From: Piromyces finnis finn
Lineage: Eukaryota > Fungi > Neocallimastigomycota
Assembly (NCBI GenBank): GCA_002104945.1
Contig: MCFH01000004.1
Span: 124,001-188,000 of the forward strand
Reading direction: 5' to 3'
Length of the DNA: 64,000 nucleotides
Under the pieces are notes generated by a model. The model was given only the letters and a program-made list of their open reading frames with translations, did not search any database and was not told the origin of the DNA. Shown piece by piece: positions 14,753-28,451 of this stretch. The position numbers and the translations under genes were made by a program. The stretch's first letter is position 1; each line of letters starts with the position of its first letter.

Positions 14753-15785
14753 ATGTATCCAGGAAACAGAGCTGCCACTGGAACACAAGGCCAAGATTCT
14801 CAACAACAACAACAACAACAACAACAAGGTTACCAACAAGGTGGCTATCAACAAGGTAGTTATCAACAAGGTGGCTATCAACAAGGTTACCAACAAGGTG
14901 GATACCAACAAGGTTATGGAGGTTATCCACCACCAGGAGGTTATGGATATGGTTATCCACCACCAGGTGGTTTTGGATATCCACCACCAGGTGGATTTGG
15001 TGGCTATGGTGCTCCAGGTTATCCACCACAAGGTTATGGAGGTTATGGATATGGCCAAGTAAGTATATTGTCTTTCATGTTACTTATATTGAAAAAATAT
15101 TTTTTTTATCAATATTAAATTTAATATTCCTAAGATTAAGTAATATTACATTAATGTGCATGCATATTTTTTTTTTTTATCTTTTCTTTATAAATGCAAA
15201 AATAGGTTATGCATCCACAATCATATGTAAGTATATAAATTTAATAATAAATATAATATTGTTATAAATTATGATTTTATCTAAAAATCTTAAAAAAATT
15301 AAACAAAATTATTTATATAAACAATATTATTTGTAATAAATAATTAAAAACAATTGTTGGGTTAACAATTAAAAGACTAGAATGCATTATGATTATGGCT
15401 CAGCCTACAATCCAAATCAAGGTTACATGGTCCCAATTGGTGTTTCCCAAGTTATTGCTCAAAAGATGATGACTGCAAGTAATGCATTCCGTTATTTTGA
15501 TAAGGACCACACTGGTACTTTAAACCAAAATGGTAAGACTTTTTTTTTTTTAATAGAATATTTTTTATTTACCTATTTTTATTTTTATTGTTTTATCTTC
15601 TTTTAATATTCATATAATTATAAATTAATTTAATATAAATGATAGAATGGGCTCAATGTATGTCATACTTAGGTATTAATATACCTGAAAATGAAATGAA
15701 TCGTTTATATTACATGATTGATTCTGACAGATCCGGTACAATTAACGAAAGAGAATTCTGTGAATGGTTTAGTTCTTGTTATTAG
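14753..15785 (+). CDS. Two-EF-hand calcium-binding protein with a Q/G/Y/P-rich (GGYQQ, GYPPPG repeat) N-terminus; exons 14753-15059, 15206-15226, 15376-15533, 15646-15785
   Basis: EF loops DKDHTGTLNQNE and DSDRSGTINERE after splicing. The exons stay in frame if a 21-nt micro-exon and an AAG acceptor at 15375 are used. Confidence 0.85.
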
Positions 15786-16268
15786 ATTATCAAATGTTGT
15801 ATACCTAAATAAAAATATGTTATCAAAATTTTATAATTTTTAAAGTAAAATAAAAATACAATGTTTTTATTATTATTTATATTATAATAATAAAAGTCTA
15901 ATATATTTTCACCAGTAACGTTTTTATTCCTAAAATAGTAATATGTAACTCATTAAAAATAGTAAAATACATAAACTATTAAATTATTAAAAATATGTAA
16001 TAAAATAAAATGAAATAAATTAAAAAAAAAAAATAAAGATAAAAAAATGAAGAAAATAAAATCATAATAATAATAAAAAAAGTTAAAGCACTTAGTATGT
16101 GTTTATAATATATACTAAATATTTCTTTATATATAGTTTAGTTAAATATATATATATATATATTTAATATTTATTTTTCTATTTTAATATATATTTAATT
16201 ATATTTAAGGAAAAAATAAGAAATCTTATATAAAATAATATTTTTAATTTATTTGTTATATTATTGAA

Positions 16269-16734
16269 ATGGAAAACGGATCAACTGATACTATTCTTTC
16301 TGATATGCAAGAAATGCTTCTAAAAAAGCAAGATCAATTAATTAAATATGATTTAAGAAAGCGATTTTTAAATTTGAATTTATATCTAGCGAAAAAAAAA
16401 CCAGATATTGAATTAAATATGTATACAAAGTAAGGCTTTTTTTTTTTTTTTTTTTTAAAGATAATCTTTTATTGATATAAATAAATTATACAAACATAAT
16501 TTACTTTATAATTTTGATATTTCAGAAGTCATTTAATGATTAATATTAAGTGGCATTTTTTTTTTTTTTTTTTTTTACTTTATACTTTTTTTCAGTAATA
16601 AATTAACTGGCACATTTTCAAATTACTCTCCTGGTGAACAACAAATTAAAATGAACAATTTGGAAACAAAATTAGGTGCTTACCCTTCAATTAATATACG
16701 CTGTTCTGATATTTGTTATTATATAACAAAATAA
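16269..16734 (+). CDS. GEMIN7: Gemin7-like Sm-fold protein (SMN complex), 2 exons (16269-16429, 16596-16734), 99 aa
   Basis: Spliced product ...LRKRFLNLNLYLAKKKPDIELNMYTNNKLTGTFSNYSPGEQQIKMNNLETKLGAYPSINIRCSDICYYITK* aligns by eye with Gemin7 (LRERYLRSL...LQTPIGVQAEALLRCSDIISYTFK). Not in the ORF track. Confidence 0.8.
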
Positions 16735-17673
16735 AGTTCTCATGTTTATTAATGATTATTCATTAAAATCATACGTATTTTTATATATATTGATAAGAAT
16801 AAGATTATTAGTAGTAACTTCGTGATAATAAAAATAAGATTTTTTTTTTTTATTTAATATTTTATATAATTATAGTAAACATAATATAATATTATTACTA
16901 TTACAATATATGCAATATGTTCAAATATTTTAATTTCTATAATAAAAGAATATAAATAGAATTATAAAAATAGCATTTATTTAACTATAACTAATTGTCA
17001 ATCTTAGATATAAATAAAAATTCATTGATATTTCATTTTATATAAAATAATATTTAATTATAAGTATGTACTAAGATTAATAATTATATTTGTGTAATTG
17101 TAACTATATTTTTTGGTAAATATAATTATGGAAGAACCATAATTTAAATATTAAAAACATTATCATGGCTGATAAATAATTAATAATGGTTATTATCAGC
17201 CCCATTTTATAATTTAAAAAATATATTAATTATTTGTAATAATTTCATTCAATTTATTATAATTTAGGATTTGATAGTACATTTTTTCCCTTTTTTTTAT
17301 AAAAAAAATATTTTCAAGTCATAAATTTGTAGTAATTAGAAATAGCGAAATAAAAATAATTTTATATTTATTTCTAATTATACAAGGAATAAAAGTAAAT
17401 ATATACATAATTTGTAAATATTATAAAAACAAACAAATGATAAATAAACAAGTAAATATATAAACTATAAAAACAATAAACCAATATTTTCAAAAATAAC
17501 ATTGATAATTTTTAATCAATCATTACATTATTTATATATATTACTATATATTAGTTTTAATTTACACAAAAATCTATTAACAATCAAGAACTAAAAAAAT
17601 TAAAAATACAAATTAAAAATAAATAAATACAAAAAATATAACATTGAACTATTATTAATAGAAAATTATAAAA

Positions 17674-18546
17674 ATGTCTTCTTACAAACTTGGTACAAAA
17701 GCCGCTGTTTTTGCTGCAATTTCATTCTCTATTCCTTCTCTACTTTCGACATATAGAGAAAGATTAGGTCTCAATGATTTAACAATAAGCAAATCAAAAT
17801 TTAATGAATCTGTTTCATTTAAATATCAAGTACCAGAATTAAAAGTGTTATCACCATACACTACTGCTGTTACTCATATGTTCCATCATAAAGATTTTGA
17901 GCATTTCTTATGGAATATGTATACATTAACTAGTTCTTCTCTTTATTTAGATGTTGGTTTTGAACAAACAGCCTTCTTATTTATTGGTGGTGGTATAACA
18001 GGTTTAGTAACTCATATTTTCAAATGGAAAAAGAAATTAACATTATCACCAGAACCAACTGATAATATTAATCCAGTTTCTGTAATGGATTCTTTATTGC
18101 CAAAAGCTTTACCAGACGGTCTTTCAAAGATTGTTGGTGAAGAAAATTTAAAAAATGTTAAAGACTCATATAACCAAGTTCGTTCCCAACTTACCAATAG
18201 AATATTCACTATATGTGGTTCAAGCGCAGGCGTTTATGCAATTGTTGGTGCAGAAACAGTTCAAATTGCTTGTGATCTTTTTAAGACCATTTTTGGACGT
18301 AGTAGAAAAAGAACTGAAGAAGGAAAAGAGGAAAATAGTAAAGAAATAAGTAGATTAATTTCATTAGAAGTTAATGCTTTCTCTAGAGTTCAATGGTTAA
18401 TTGCTGAAATTCTTGCTTTATTAAGATCAGGTGAATCTTTAAAACGTGATAAAATATTGAATATGGCCCATATGAACGGTTTTATATTTGGTGCTGTTGT
18501 TATGACTATATGGAAACTTCAAAATTTATTAGGAATTTCATTATAA
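17674..18546 (+). CDS. Rhomboid-family intramembrane serine protease, intronless, 290 aa
   Basis: Loop/TM2 motif HMFHH..FEHFLWNM, catalytic Ser context CGSSAGVYAI, catalytic His context AHMNGFIFG. Confidence 0.85.
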   Translation: MSSYKLGTKAAVFAAISFSIPSLLSTYRERLGLNDLTISKSKFNESVSFKYQVPELKVLSPYTTAVTHMFHHKDFEHFLWNMYTLTSSSLYLDVGFEQTAFLFIGGGITGLVTHIFKWKKKLTLSPEPTDNINPVSVMDSLLPKALPDGLSKIVGEENLKNVKDSYNQVRSQLTNRIFTICGSSAGVYAIVGAETVQIACDLFKTIFGRSRKRTEEGKEENSKEISRLISLEVNAFSRVQWLIAEILALLRSGESLKRDKILNMAHMNGFIFGAVVMTIWKLQNLLGISL

Positions 18547-20618
18547 AGTTAATTCATCTTTCAATATTTTTTAATTTAATAATGAAAAAAAAAATAAAGA
18601 CTAAAATAAAAGATTAATTTCAATTTAAAAATTAATAAACTAAAAGAAATATCATATTATCATTACTGTTACTATTATAAATTATAAGATAATAATAATA
18701 AAAACTCAAATTAAAAAACAGTAAAATAATGAATTTTTACTAATTTCAATTGTTATTTATATTTAGTTCTTGTTCTTTATAATTATTTTATTAATATAAA
18801 ACACATAAAATGACGTTAATATATGAATAAAAATAATAAATAGTAAATAAATAACAAAATCTACATTCTTTTTATAAATATTATTAAAGGAAATGGAAAC
18901 ATAATACTTTGATATAGTAGTTATTTCACTAATAAAGCATTTAAGGCAAAAGACTTTTAGAAATTCTTCAAATTAATATTCTGGATACTTCATTTGTTTC
19001 TTTTATACTTTTTATTATTTTATCAAATGTACATAAAGTAAATAATATATATTAATCAAAATATATTCTTTATTCTATTTATTATTCAAACACTACCCTT
19101 TCATCTTTTCAATATTATTTTTCATATTATTTTATTGTCAATTATCAAGGTCACAATTATTATGCTAAAAATATAGTAAATATAGTAAAAGTCTAATATC
19201 TATTTTGACCAATAATTTTTCTGATATAATGTATATTATTATTAATGTTGATACATTTAAAATACATAATAAAAATAAAAAGGAAGATTAATTAATAGAA
19301 TTTAAACTTCAATATTTTTTTTTTCGAAAATATTTAGGTATTTAGTCATATAAAAGGAATTTTAATAATTATATAGAAAAGGAAAGATAAAATAAAGAGT
19401 ATATAATAAGCAATAATGGATATTTATTATTCTATTTAAATAATAAAAATAGTTTTATTAAAAGATACATACCTTTTTGATATATTTTTTTTAGTATGAT
19501 CTGGCATATTTATTTATAAATTAACTTTTATAATTATTTGATTCAATAAATTAATATATGCTCAACATATATTATAATGTATTTTAAATAAATAAATAAT
19601 TATTTTGCAATTTTTTATTTATATATATATTTTTTTAAATATAATAAATATAAATTATTTTAAAATAAAAAAAAGTTCTTTTGTTATATTCTTTGTAGAA
19701 TTTGTTTTTATTTTATTTTTATAATAGGTTTTTTTTTTAATTTAGGAAGGTTTATTTTCTTTACTTTTTTTTTTATTTTATTATTTTTTTTCCCCATTCC
19801 TAAATACTAATTTATTATAAAACCAATTATTTAAGTTTAAAAAAAAGTAAATTTTTATATAAAAAATATTTATGATTATAAATATTAAAATAAGATTTTA
19901 TTGAATATAATAATAAAATAGTTAAGTATAAAAAATAATATTACTAGATTACTATTTTTCAAATTTGAAATTCATAAATTTCAATTTATATTGCTGTGTA
20001 TAATACAATCAAATAATAAATATAAAATCAATTACAAAAATAAGAAGAAAAGTTAAATAAACAAAAATTTTAAAACCAAAATTTTAGATGATATTTTTGG
20101 AAAATAAAAATAGTTGAAATTAATTATTAATTAATTTTAAATTTGAAATTATATAAATGAAATTCAATTAAATTTAAAAACAGATTTGTAGAATAAAGTT
20201 TTAAATTGATTCAACTTATATAAACACACCCATACATTTAATAATGATAAAATAGTATATAAACGGAAACAAACAAATAAACGAAAGAAAAAAAAAATAT
20301 TCATCTACATATTAAAAATTATTCCTGAAGATAATATAATTAATTTATTTATAAACTGTAAATTACTTGGATTTAATTATTTTTAATTAAAATAAATACT
20401 TCAATATTTTCTTATAAAAACTTTTTTACTCATAATAAATTCTATTTATTATTTATACAAACCATTATTTTTACTAAATATATTTTTAATTTTCTTTGAA
20501 TATATCATCTCTACTAAACTATTCCTTTTTTTTTTTTTTTATTTTTAATAAAATTTATTTATTCTATCTAAACAATATAGTTTTTATTTCCTCTTTATTA
20601 ATGTAAAAAGTTTTATAC

Positions 20619-23600
20619 ATGTCTTTTTCATCAGATTATAGTGATCACTCTTCAATTGGTAAAAAATTATTTTTATCACTTTTTATATTATATAAAATAA
20701 ATATATTAAAAACCATTTTTTTTTGAAAAAATGATGTAACAATTTTCGGAATTGAATTACATTATAGAGTGTTTTTTTTAAATAATTTTTATAATATATA
20801 AATAATAAAAATAAATAATGAATGTAGCTGTAACGAATATATATATATAAATAAAAGAAACGTTGTAAATAAAAAATAATTAGATTTTAAAATTATAATC
20901 CAACAAAAGATTTTATTTTTGTAACCAAAATAAATCTTTAAAACAAATTAACAATATCTTATTTTTAACCTTTATTTATGTTTGTTATATAAATGTCTTT
21001 TTATAAAAAAATAAACTTTTATTTTCGATATAAACTATAATAAATAAAGATTCAAGTAATGAGAGTCAAATTGAGAGTAATCATATCCAATCCGATTCTT
21101 CATTTAGCCTATCAAGTTCTTCTGAGTCAGAATCGTCATATTCAGAAGATGAATCAATAAACCCAAAAAATAATATAATAGAAAGTGAAAATGAAAGTAA
21201 TGAACATATAAATGAAAATGATATAGAACAGGACATTGAAAATGAAATTGGAAATGTAAGTGAAAATGAACCTTACAATGAAAATGAAAATTTAACAACA
21301 ATAGAAGATACATTTGAAGAAGTTAGTAGTGAGGATGAACCTCCAAAAGTAATAAAAGAGCCTTCAAAACCAAAAAGGAGAGTAACAAAGAAAAAAAGTT
21401 TTGAAGCTCTTGATCCAGAGTTATATGGACTTAGAAGATCTAGTAGAACAAAAGTTCAACCAAAAAGATATGAGGTAAGTTTTCTATATATACAAAAAAT
21501 TTATTCTATTCTTAAATACAACATATGAAACAATATATCATTTTATTCTTAGTGATACTATAATAAGTAAAAGAATTAATTTATTATTTAAACACCATCA
21601 TAAAGAATTAAAATAAATTTACTATATATAATTCATAATAATATAGGATGAGTATATTGATAATATAGACAATAACACAGATACATATGATGATGATAAT
21701 AGTGGTAGTGATTATTCTTCTTCACATAGATATACCCGGAAGAATAAAACAAGAAAAGCTACTACTCAAAGAAAAAGAAAATCGTTTAACACATCATCGA
21801 GAAGTAAATATCAAATTCATTATTTATGATATTAAATTATTTATATGTATTTATATTTTTCTTAAATGTTAATTGTATAAAATTCTTTTTTTTTTTTTTT
21901 TTATAAAGCTTCATCAAGAGCAAGTTCGTATGAATATGGCTCTGAAGTTGAATATACCGAAGTATCATCATCGTCAGATGATGATTGGGGAGCAAAACCT
22001 TCAAAATCTAGACGGAAACGTTCAAGAAAATCCTCAAAAAGTACGGATAGAGCAGAAGTAAGTAGTATTGTGGAGGGTTTAAGGTATTCATCAAGAACAA
22101 GAGCTGTTAAAAATTATGATGAAAGTCAATTCGATGAAGAATTAGGTTTAACAGAAGAGGATTTAGTTATCAAAAAGAAAACTAAAAAAATACCAGCATA
22201 TGAAATCATTCAAGATGGTAGGCGTCTTTTATTATTATAATAAATCATTAATTATATTAGATTTATAAGTATATATTACTTTTTTCTTTAAATTATTATT
22301 TTATTAATTATAATTTTATTATAACAATATTTTATATTTTTAGAAGAAGGTGATGTTATAGAAGGTGTTTTTGATTTCAGATATGATAACAAAGGTAAAT
22401 TATAATTCATTATATATTCATTATAATATAGATTTTCAAGGGTTTTATTTTTTAAAGGAATTAAATTCATGTATAATTATTAAGTTTATTCTTTTCTTCT
22501 TATAAACATGTAAAAAATAACCTATTTCTTAATACATATAATATATATAATCTATATTTTATAATTCATTATTTAATAATACTACTATAAATAATAGAGG
22601 AATATTTAGAAGAAGATGAAGATGATCCAATGAAATTTGTACAAGTTGTAGAATTTTATATTAAATGGAAAGGATGGTCACATCTTCATAACACATGGGA
22701 AAGATATGATAATTTAAGAGATTATAAAGGTTTTAGAAAAGTAGATAATTATTTAAAGCAAAAAGTAAATCCCGATAGAGATTATAGAAATGATAAGTTT
22801 ATTACAGGAGATCAATTAGAGCAATATAATATTAATTTAGAAATTGAACGAGATATGATAAAAGACTACCAAAGTGTTGATAGAGTAATATCATATAGAG
22901 AAGTTCAACCAACAGATGACTATCCACATGGTATTCAATATCTTTGTAAATGGAAACGTTTACCTTACTGTGATTCTACTTGGGAGTATGTTGAATTAAT
23001 ATCAGATAATTACCAAGATAAAATTGATGATTATCTTGATCGCCAACAAAATCAACTTGTTCCTCATAAAAGTAGACATTATACCAAAGATAATCGACCA
23101 AAATTTGACAAATTATTAAAGCAACCTGAATACATGAAAAAAGGCGGTGAACTTCGTGATTATCAACTTACAGGGGTAAATTGGATGGCTTATTTATGGT
23201 GTAATAATAATAATGGTATTTTAGCTGATGAAATGGGTTTAGGTAAAACTGTTCAATCTATATCTTTCTTATCTTATTTATTCCATACTATGCATCTTTA
23301 TGGTCCATTTTTAGTTGTTGTTCCTTTATCTACTATATCGTCATGGCAAAAGGAATTTGAACGTTGGGCCCCTGATATGAATGTTATTGTTTATTCTGGT
23401 GATTCAGTATCTCGTGGAACCATCCGTGATTTTGAATTCCTTCTCCCAACTAAAAGTAAAGAAAAAAAATATAAGTTTAATGTACTTTTAACCACATATG
23501 AATTAATTATTAAAGATCATCAATATTTGGGTGAAGTTCGTTGGACATATTTAGCAGTTGATGAAGCTCATCGTTTAAAAAATCGTGATTCTCAACTTCA

Positions 23601-26600
23601 TGAAATTTTAAAAGAATTCCATAATGCCAATCGTCTTTTAATTACTGGTACTCCTCTTCAAAACAATGTAGATGAATTATATTCTCTTGTACGTTTTATA
23701 ATGCCAGATGAGTTTTCAGATCTAGAAAACTTTGAGATTTCAACAGATGCAGATACTGAAATGCGTATACGACAACTTCATGAACGTTTAAAGCCATATA
23801 TGTTGAGACGTTTAAAGAAAGATGTTGAAAAATCATTACCAACAAAAACAGAAAGAGTATTACGTGTTGAATTATCGCATATGCAAGTTCATTATTATAA
23901 GCATATACTTACTAAGAATTTTTCTGCATTAAATAAAGGTATTGCTGGTCAAGGTCAGTTTTCATTATTAAATATTGCCATGGAATTGAAAAAAGCCAGT
24001 AATCATCCTTTCTTATTTCAGGGTGCTGAAGTTATAACGGATAATCGGGAAGAGCAATTAAAAGGTTTAATTATGAATTCAGGAAAAATGGTATTATTGG
24101 ATAAATTATTACAAAGATTGAAGAGTGATGGTCATCGTGTTTTAATATTTTCACAGATGGTCAGAATGCTTGATATTCTATCGGATTATATAGTACTTCG
24201 TGGTTATACCTATCAACGTTTAGATGGTAGTGTAGGCTCTGAAGCTAGAAAAAAAGCAATAGAACATTATAATGCTGAAGGTTCACCAGACTTTATCTTT
24301 TTATTATCTACTAAAGCTGGTGGTTTAGGTTTAAATTTAGAAACGGCAGATACTGTTATTATCTTTGATTCTGATTGGAACCCTCAAAATGATTTACAAG
24401 CAATGGCCCGTGCTCACCGTATTGGTCAAAAGAATCATGTTAATGTCTATCGATTTGTATCAAAGGGTACCATTGAAGAAGAAATTTTAGATCGTGCTAA
24501 GAAGAAGATGGTTTTAGAATATTGTATTATTAAGCAAATGGATACCTCAGGTGAAACACTTTTACAAAAGTCAAGTAAAAAAAGTAAGCGTGCTGATCAA
24601 TTTAATAAAGAAGAATTGCAGTCTATATTGAAATTTGGTGCTCAGAAGATGTTTTCGGAGGATGCAGGCACTGAAAAATTAGAAGAAATGAATTTAGATG
24701 AAATTTTAGAAAGAGCTGAACATACTGAAACAACAGAATCAATGAATCTTACTGAGGCTAGTGCTGAATTTTTAGAACAGTTCAAGGTAGCTGATTTTGG
24801 TGTGAATGATTTAACATGGGAAGAAATTATTCCAGAAGAAGAGAGAAAGAAATTAGAAGAAGAAGAGCGTCAAGAAGAGTTAATGTATGCTGCTCGTAGA
24901 AGAGCTGCTGCTCCCACTTATTCTAAAGAAAAGAATGAAGATGAAGATCAAGATCAAAATGAAGAGCAAAATGAAGATGCACCACGAAAAAGAAGAAGAA
25001 GAGCTTCCCGAATCAAAAAGAAGAATGAAAATTCTGATTTCTTAACTGAAAAAGATGTTAGAGCCTTAGTGAAATCTATACAACGTTTTGGAGATATTAA
25101 TATCAGATATGATGATATTGTAAAGGATGCTGATTTAGAGAATAAGGATCATGATGTGGTTATTAGTACCTATGAAGGTCTATACAGTTTTTGTGAAGAA
25201 TCTATTCATAACAATGAAGTTAATAATGAAAATGAAAATTCTACATCTACTCGCAAAACTAAATCTGTATTAGTGTCTTATGAAGGTGTTAATAATATAA
25301 ATGCTACACAATTTCTTCAAAGAGTGAATGATTTAACACTTTTAAATAAACGTTTGAAGGATAATTCAAAACTTAATAACTTTAGACTTTCATCAACCCT
25401 TAAGCCTGTGAATAACTGGAATTGTAAATGGGGACAAAAGGATGATTCTTTACTTCTTGTTGGTATTTATAAACATGGTTTTGGCTACTGGGATAAAATA
25501 CAGCAAGATGAAACCTTGGATTTCAAGGATAAGTTTTTCCTTGGCAGTAACCAAGAATTTGAAGATGAAGATCGTTTATTACCAAAATCAGTTCATTTAA
25601 ATCGTCGTGCTGAATATCTTTTAAAAATATTAACTGAAGAAATGAATAGTAATAAATCCAGAACACGTACTAATTCGAAACAAAATAGTAGAGCCAGTAG
25701 ACGTCAATCTCAAGAAAAATCTAACATGGTGGCTAACTCAGCAACAGTTACCAAGAATAGAAGTTCCAAAGGCAAAACATCAAAATCCTCTTCCAAACGT
25801 GTTAAAAAGGAAGAAGAAGAAGAAGGTGAATTGGAAGAAATTGATGAAGAATCCGATTACTCTTCAATGGATGAACGTGATTGTAAGGAACGCATGAGAC
25901 CTGTAAAACGAGAATTGAAGGCTCTCAAAGATAAATCTAATAATTATTCTGGTAAGAAGAAAGCTGATTTTATTAAGGGAAGAGTAAAAGCTATTGGTGA
26001 TATGATTCATACGATTACCAATACAATATCAAGTCGTCATAAACGTGAAAAATTAGAAAATCATCTATGGAAATTTGCTTCATGGTTTTGGCCCAATGAA
26101 AACAATTCCATAAGTAGTAGTAAACTACGTGTATTATATACCCGATTAGAACAATCACTTCAAACTTCTAATAATAATACCACTTCCTCTCAATCACACG
26201 ATGCTCGTAGAAGAAATTATTCTAATAGTTCTCTCACTTCTAATGACCCCCTTCATTCTAGTAATGAAAAGAAATCCACATCCTATCGAAATATTAGTCG
26301 TAAAAACTCCACAGAATCTTCAATGTCAAGTTCTCTTTCCAAACGTTATCTCCCAAGTGATAAAGAATCAATGAATAGTCATAAAAGGTATAAAATGACA
26401 TCTTCTAGTCATCATTCCTCTTACGATGAAAATAAACGTAGTTCTTTATCACGAAACAATAGTGTTTCCACACGTGCGAGTGACTATGAAGATTCTCCAA
26501 AATATAGCGATAAATCATCCGTGAATAGTTATCATCATCATAATTCTTCTTCACGCTACTACAAACATACCAAATCTCATAATTATGAATCTGGACCTGA

Positions 26601-26607
26601 AAAATAA
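20619..26607 (+). CDS. CHD1: Chromodomain helicase DNA-binding protein 1 (Chd1/Hrp3)
   Basis: Predicted first exon 20619-20658 ([13 protein letters not shown]) splices in phase to 21050. YGLRRSSR motif; two chromodomains ([32 protein letters not shown]); SNF2 motifs [27 protein letters not shown]; SANT/SLIDE region ([24 protein letters not shown]). The core is a single ~4-kb exon. Confidence 0.97.
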
Positions 26608-26668
26608 ATATATAAAAATAGTAATAAAAAACGAAAAAATCGCTAAAAATAATAAATAAACAAATATA

Positions 26669-26690
26669 CAAAAAAAAAAAAAAAACAAAA

Positions 26691-26721
<31 letters not shown>

Positions 26722-26767
26722 AAAAAAAAAAAAACAAAAAAAAAAAACAAAACAAAAAAAAAAAAAC
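26669..26767. repeat. C(A)11-16 periodic poly-A tract in the CHD1 3' flank
   Basis: C at 26669, 26686, 26702, 26719, 26735, 26747, 26752 and 26767, separated by A runs of 16, 15, 16, 15, 11, 4 and 14. Confidence 0.9.
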
Positions 26768-27738
26768 ATTAAAAAATATTTATTCTATATGTTAATTCAG
26801 TTTCTCCACATCATTTATTTTAATTTTTAGTAGTAGTTAAAGTTATATTTTATTTATATATTACCTTTTTTTTTTCTTTCTTTTTTTTTTTTTTTTGAAA
26901 TTTCTTATTACAATATATATAACTTTATTAATATGAAGTATTTCTATTTTAATTAAAATAATTATTATTATTAACAATATTTAATATTTAATTTTTAAAA
27001 AGAAAGTTACCATCCCTGTTACATACATCTTTTTTATTTTTATTCACATATATAATATATATATATATGTATATATATATAAATAAAAGAAAATAATTTA
27101 CAAAATAAACCAGATTTTTTTTATAATTTCCTTTTTTTTTTTTTTTTTTTATTTTTTTATTCATACATGGATATTTATTATTACCAATATTAATAATAAT
27201 GATAATAATAAATAAAAGAATTTGGAAGAATACAAGATAACAACAGCAACAACAATAATGATTATAATTATAATAATATGAGGAATATATAATGAAACTA
27301 ATCAATAGTTTATGTTGTTCATTATTAAGGTTATATAATTTAATAATATAATTAAAAGTGAAATATATTTAAAAACATATATAAGTATATACATTTGTAT
27401 TTTTAGTGAGTGTCTAAATAATAATATATATGGGTATAAATAGTGATGAAATTTATATATTCAAAGAATAAAAGCGCTATAAAATTTTATATAAAAATCA
27501 TTAAATCAAGCGGAATTATTATTAATTAAAAAATTAAAAATGGAAATTTATAATTAATTGTATAACAATAATTATAAAATTATTAATAGAAGCATATTAA
27601 ATATATGTATACCATAAAAAATCAGTTAAAATAATTCGTAATACATCAACGTGATTTAATTAAAAGTATAAATATGCAAAAAAAAAAAAATTTTTTTTAA
27701 ACATTATATCACTTTAAAAAAATAAAGTAAATAGCAAA

Positions 27739-28451
27739 ATGATTACTGAAATTGAAAATATGGAAGCTTTTAAGGCTGCTATTGCAAAGCCAAATTGCTC
27801 TGTTATTGACTTTTATGCTACTTGGTAATAATTTTATATTTAAATAATTTTATTATAAGTACTTAACATTGTTAAAAGGGGAAAAGGGGATAACATAAAA
27901 AGATGGAAGATGATTGATTGCAAAAATCAAAAAATTATTTATTTTAGATTTTGGAATTTTATTTTAATCAAATAATATTATATTATATTATATTATATTG
28001 TAGTTATTAATAATTGACTAATATAACAATCAAATTAAATTATAATAATAGGTGCGGTCCATGTAAGATGATTCATCCAAGATACGAAGCTTTCAGTAAT
28101 ACTTACACTAACGTTTCTTTCTACAGAGGTATTAATATAAAGTTAATCAAAAACATTATAATTAGTATACATGAAACTAATTTTAATTTTAAATTATATA
28201 TTTCTATAAAAAGTTAATGTTGATAATGTTGAAGATGTTGCTGCTGAAGTCGGTATTAACTGTATGCCAACTTTCAAGTTCTACAAGAATGGCGCTCAAG
28301 TATGTATTCATTAATTTCAAATAATTAATAAGAAAAATAATAAAATTGATTAATATTTTTATTTATTGTTGTATTAATATTACAATAGATTAATGAAATT
28401 TTAGGTGCTAATGTTGGTGGCCTTGAAAAAATCATCAAAGAAAACAACTAA
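27739..28451 (+). CDS. TRX: Thioredoxin (classical WCGPC), 4 exons
   Basis: MITEIENMEAFK...VIDFYAT-W|CGPCKMIHPRY...R|VNVDNVEDVAAEVGINCMPTFKFYKNGAQ|INEILGANVGGLEKIIKENN*. An intron splits the active-site Trp codon. Confidence 0.96.

Noticed and set aside
14720-15062. Three ORFs overlapping the GYQ repeat exon
   Set aside because: Shadows of the repeat-coding exon.
18770-18990. Start-less open frame of about 65 codons on the minus strand (FEEFLKVFCLKCF...)
   Set aside because: No start, splice support or recognisable motif.
26405-26769. Poly-Phe minus-strand ORFs
   Set aside because: Translation of the A-tract behind CHD1; no coding signal.
27446-27452. GTGATGA box-C-like motif (also ATGATGT at ~20731) as a snoRNA
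   Set aside because: No CTGA D box or terminal stem at a suitable distance.
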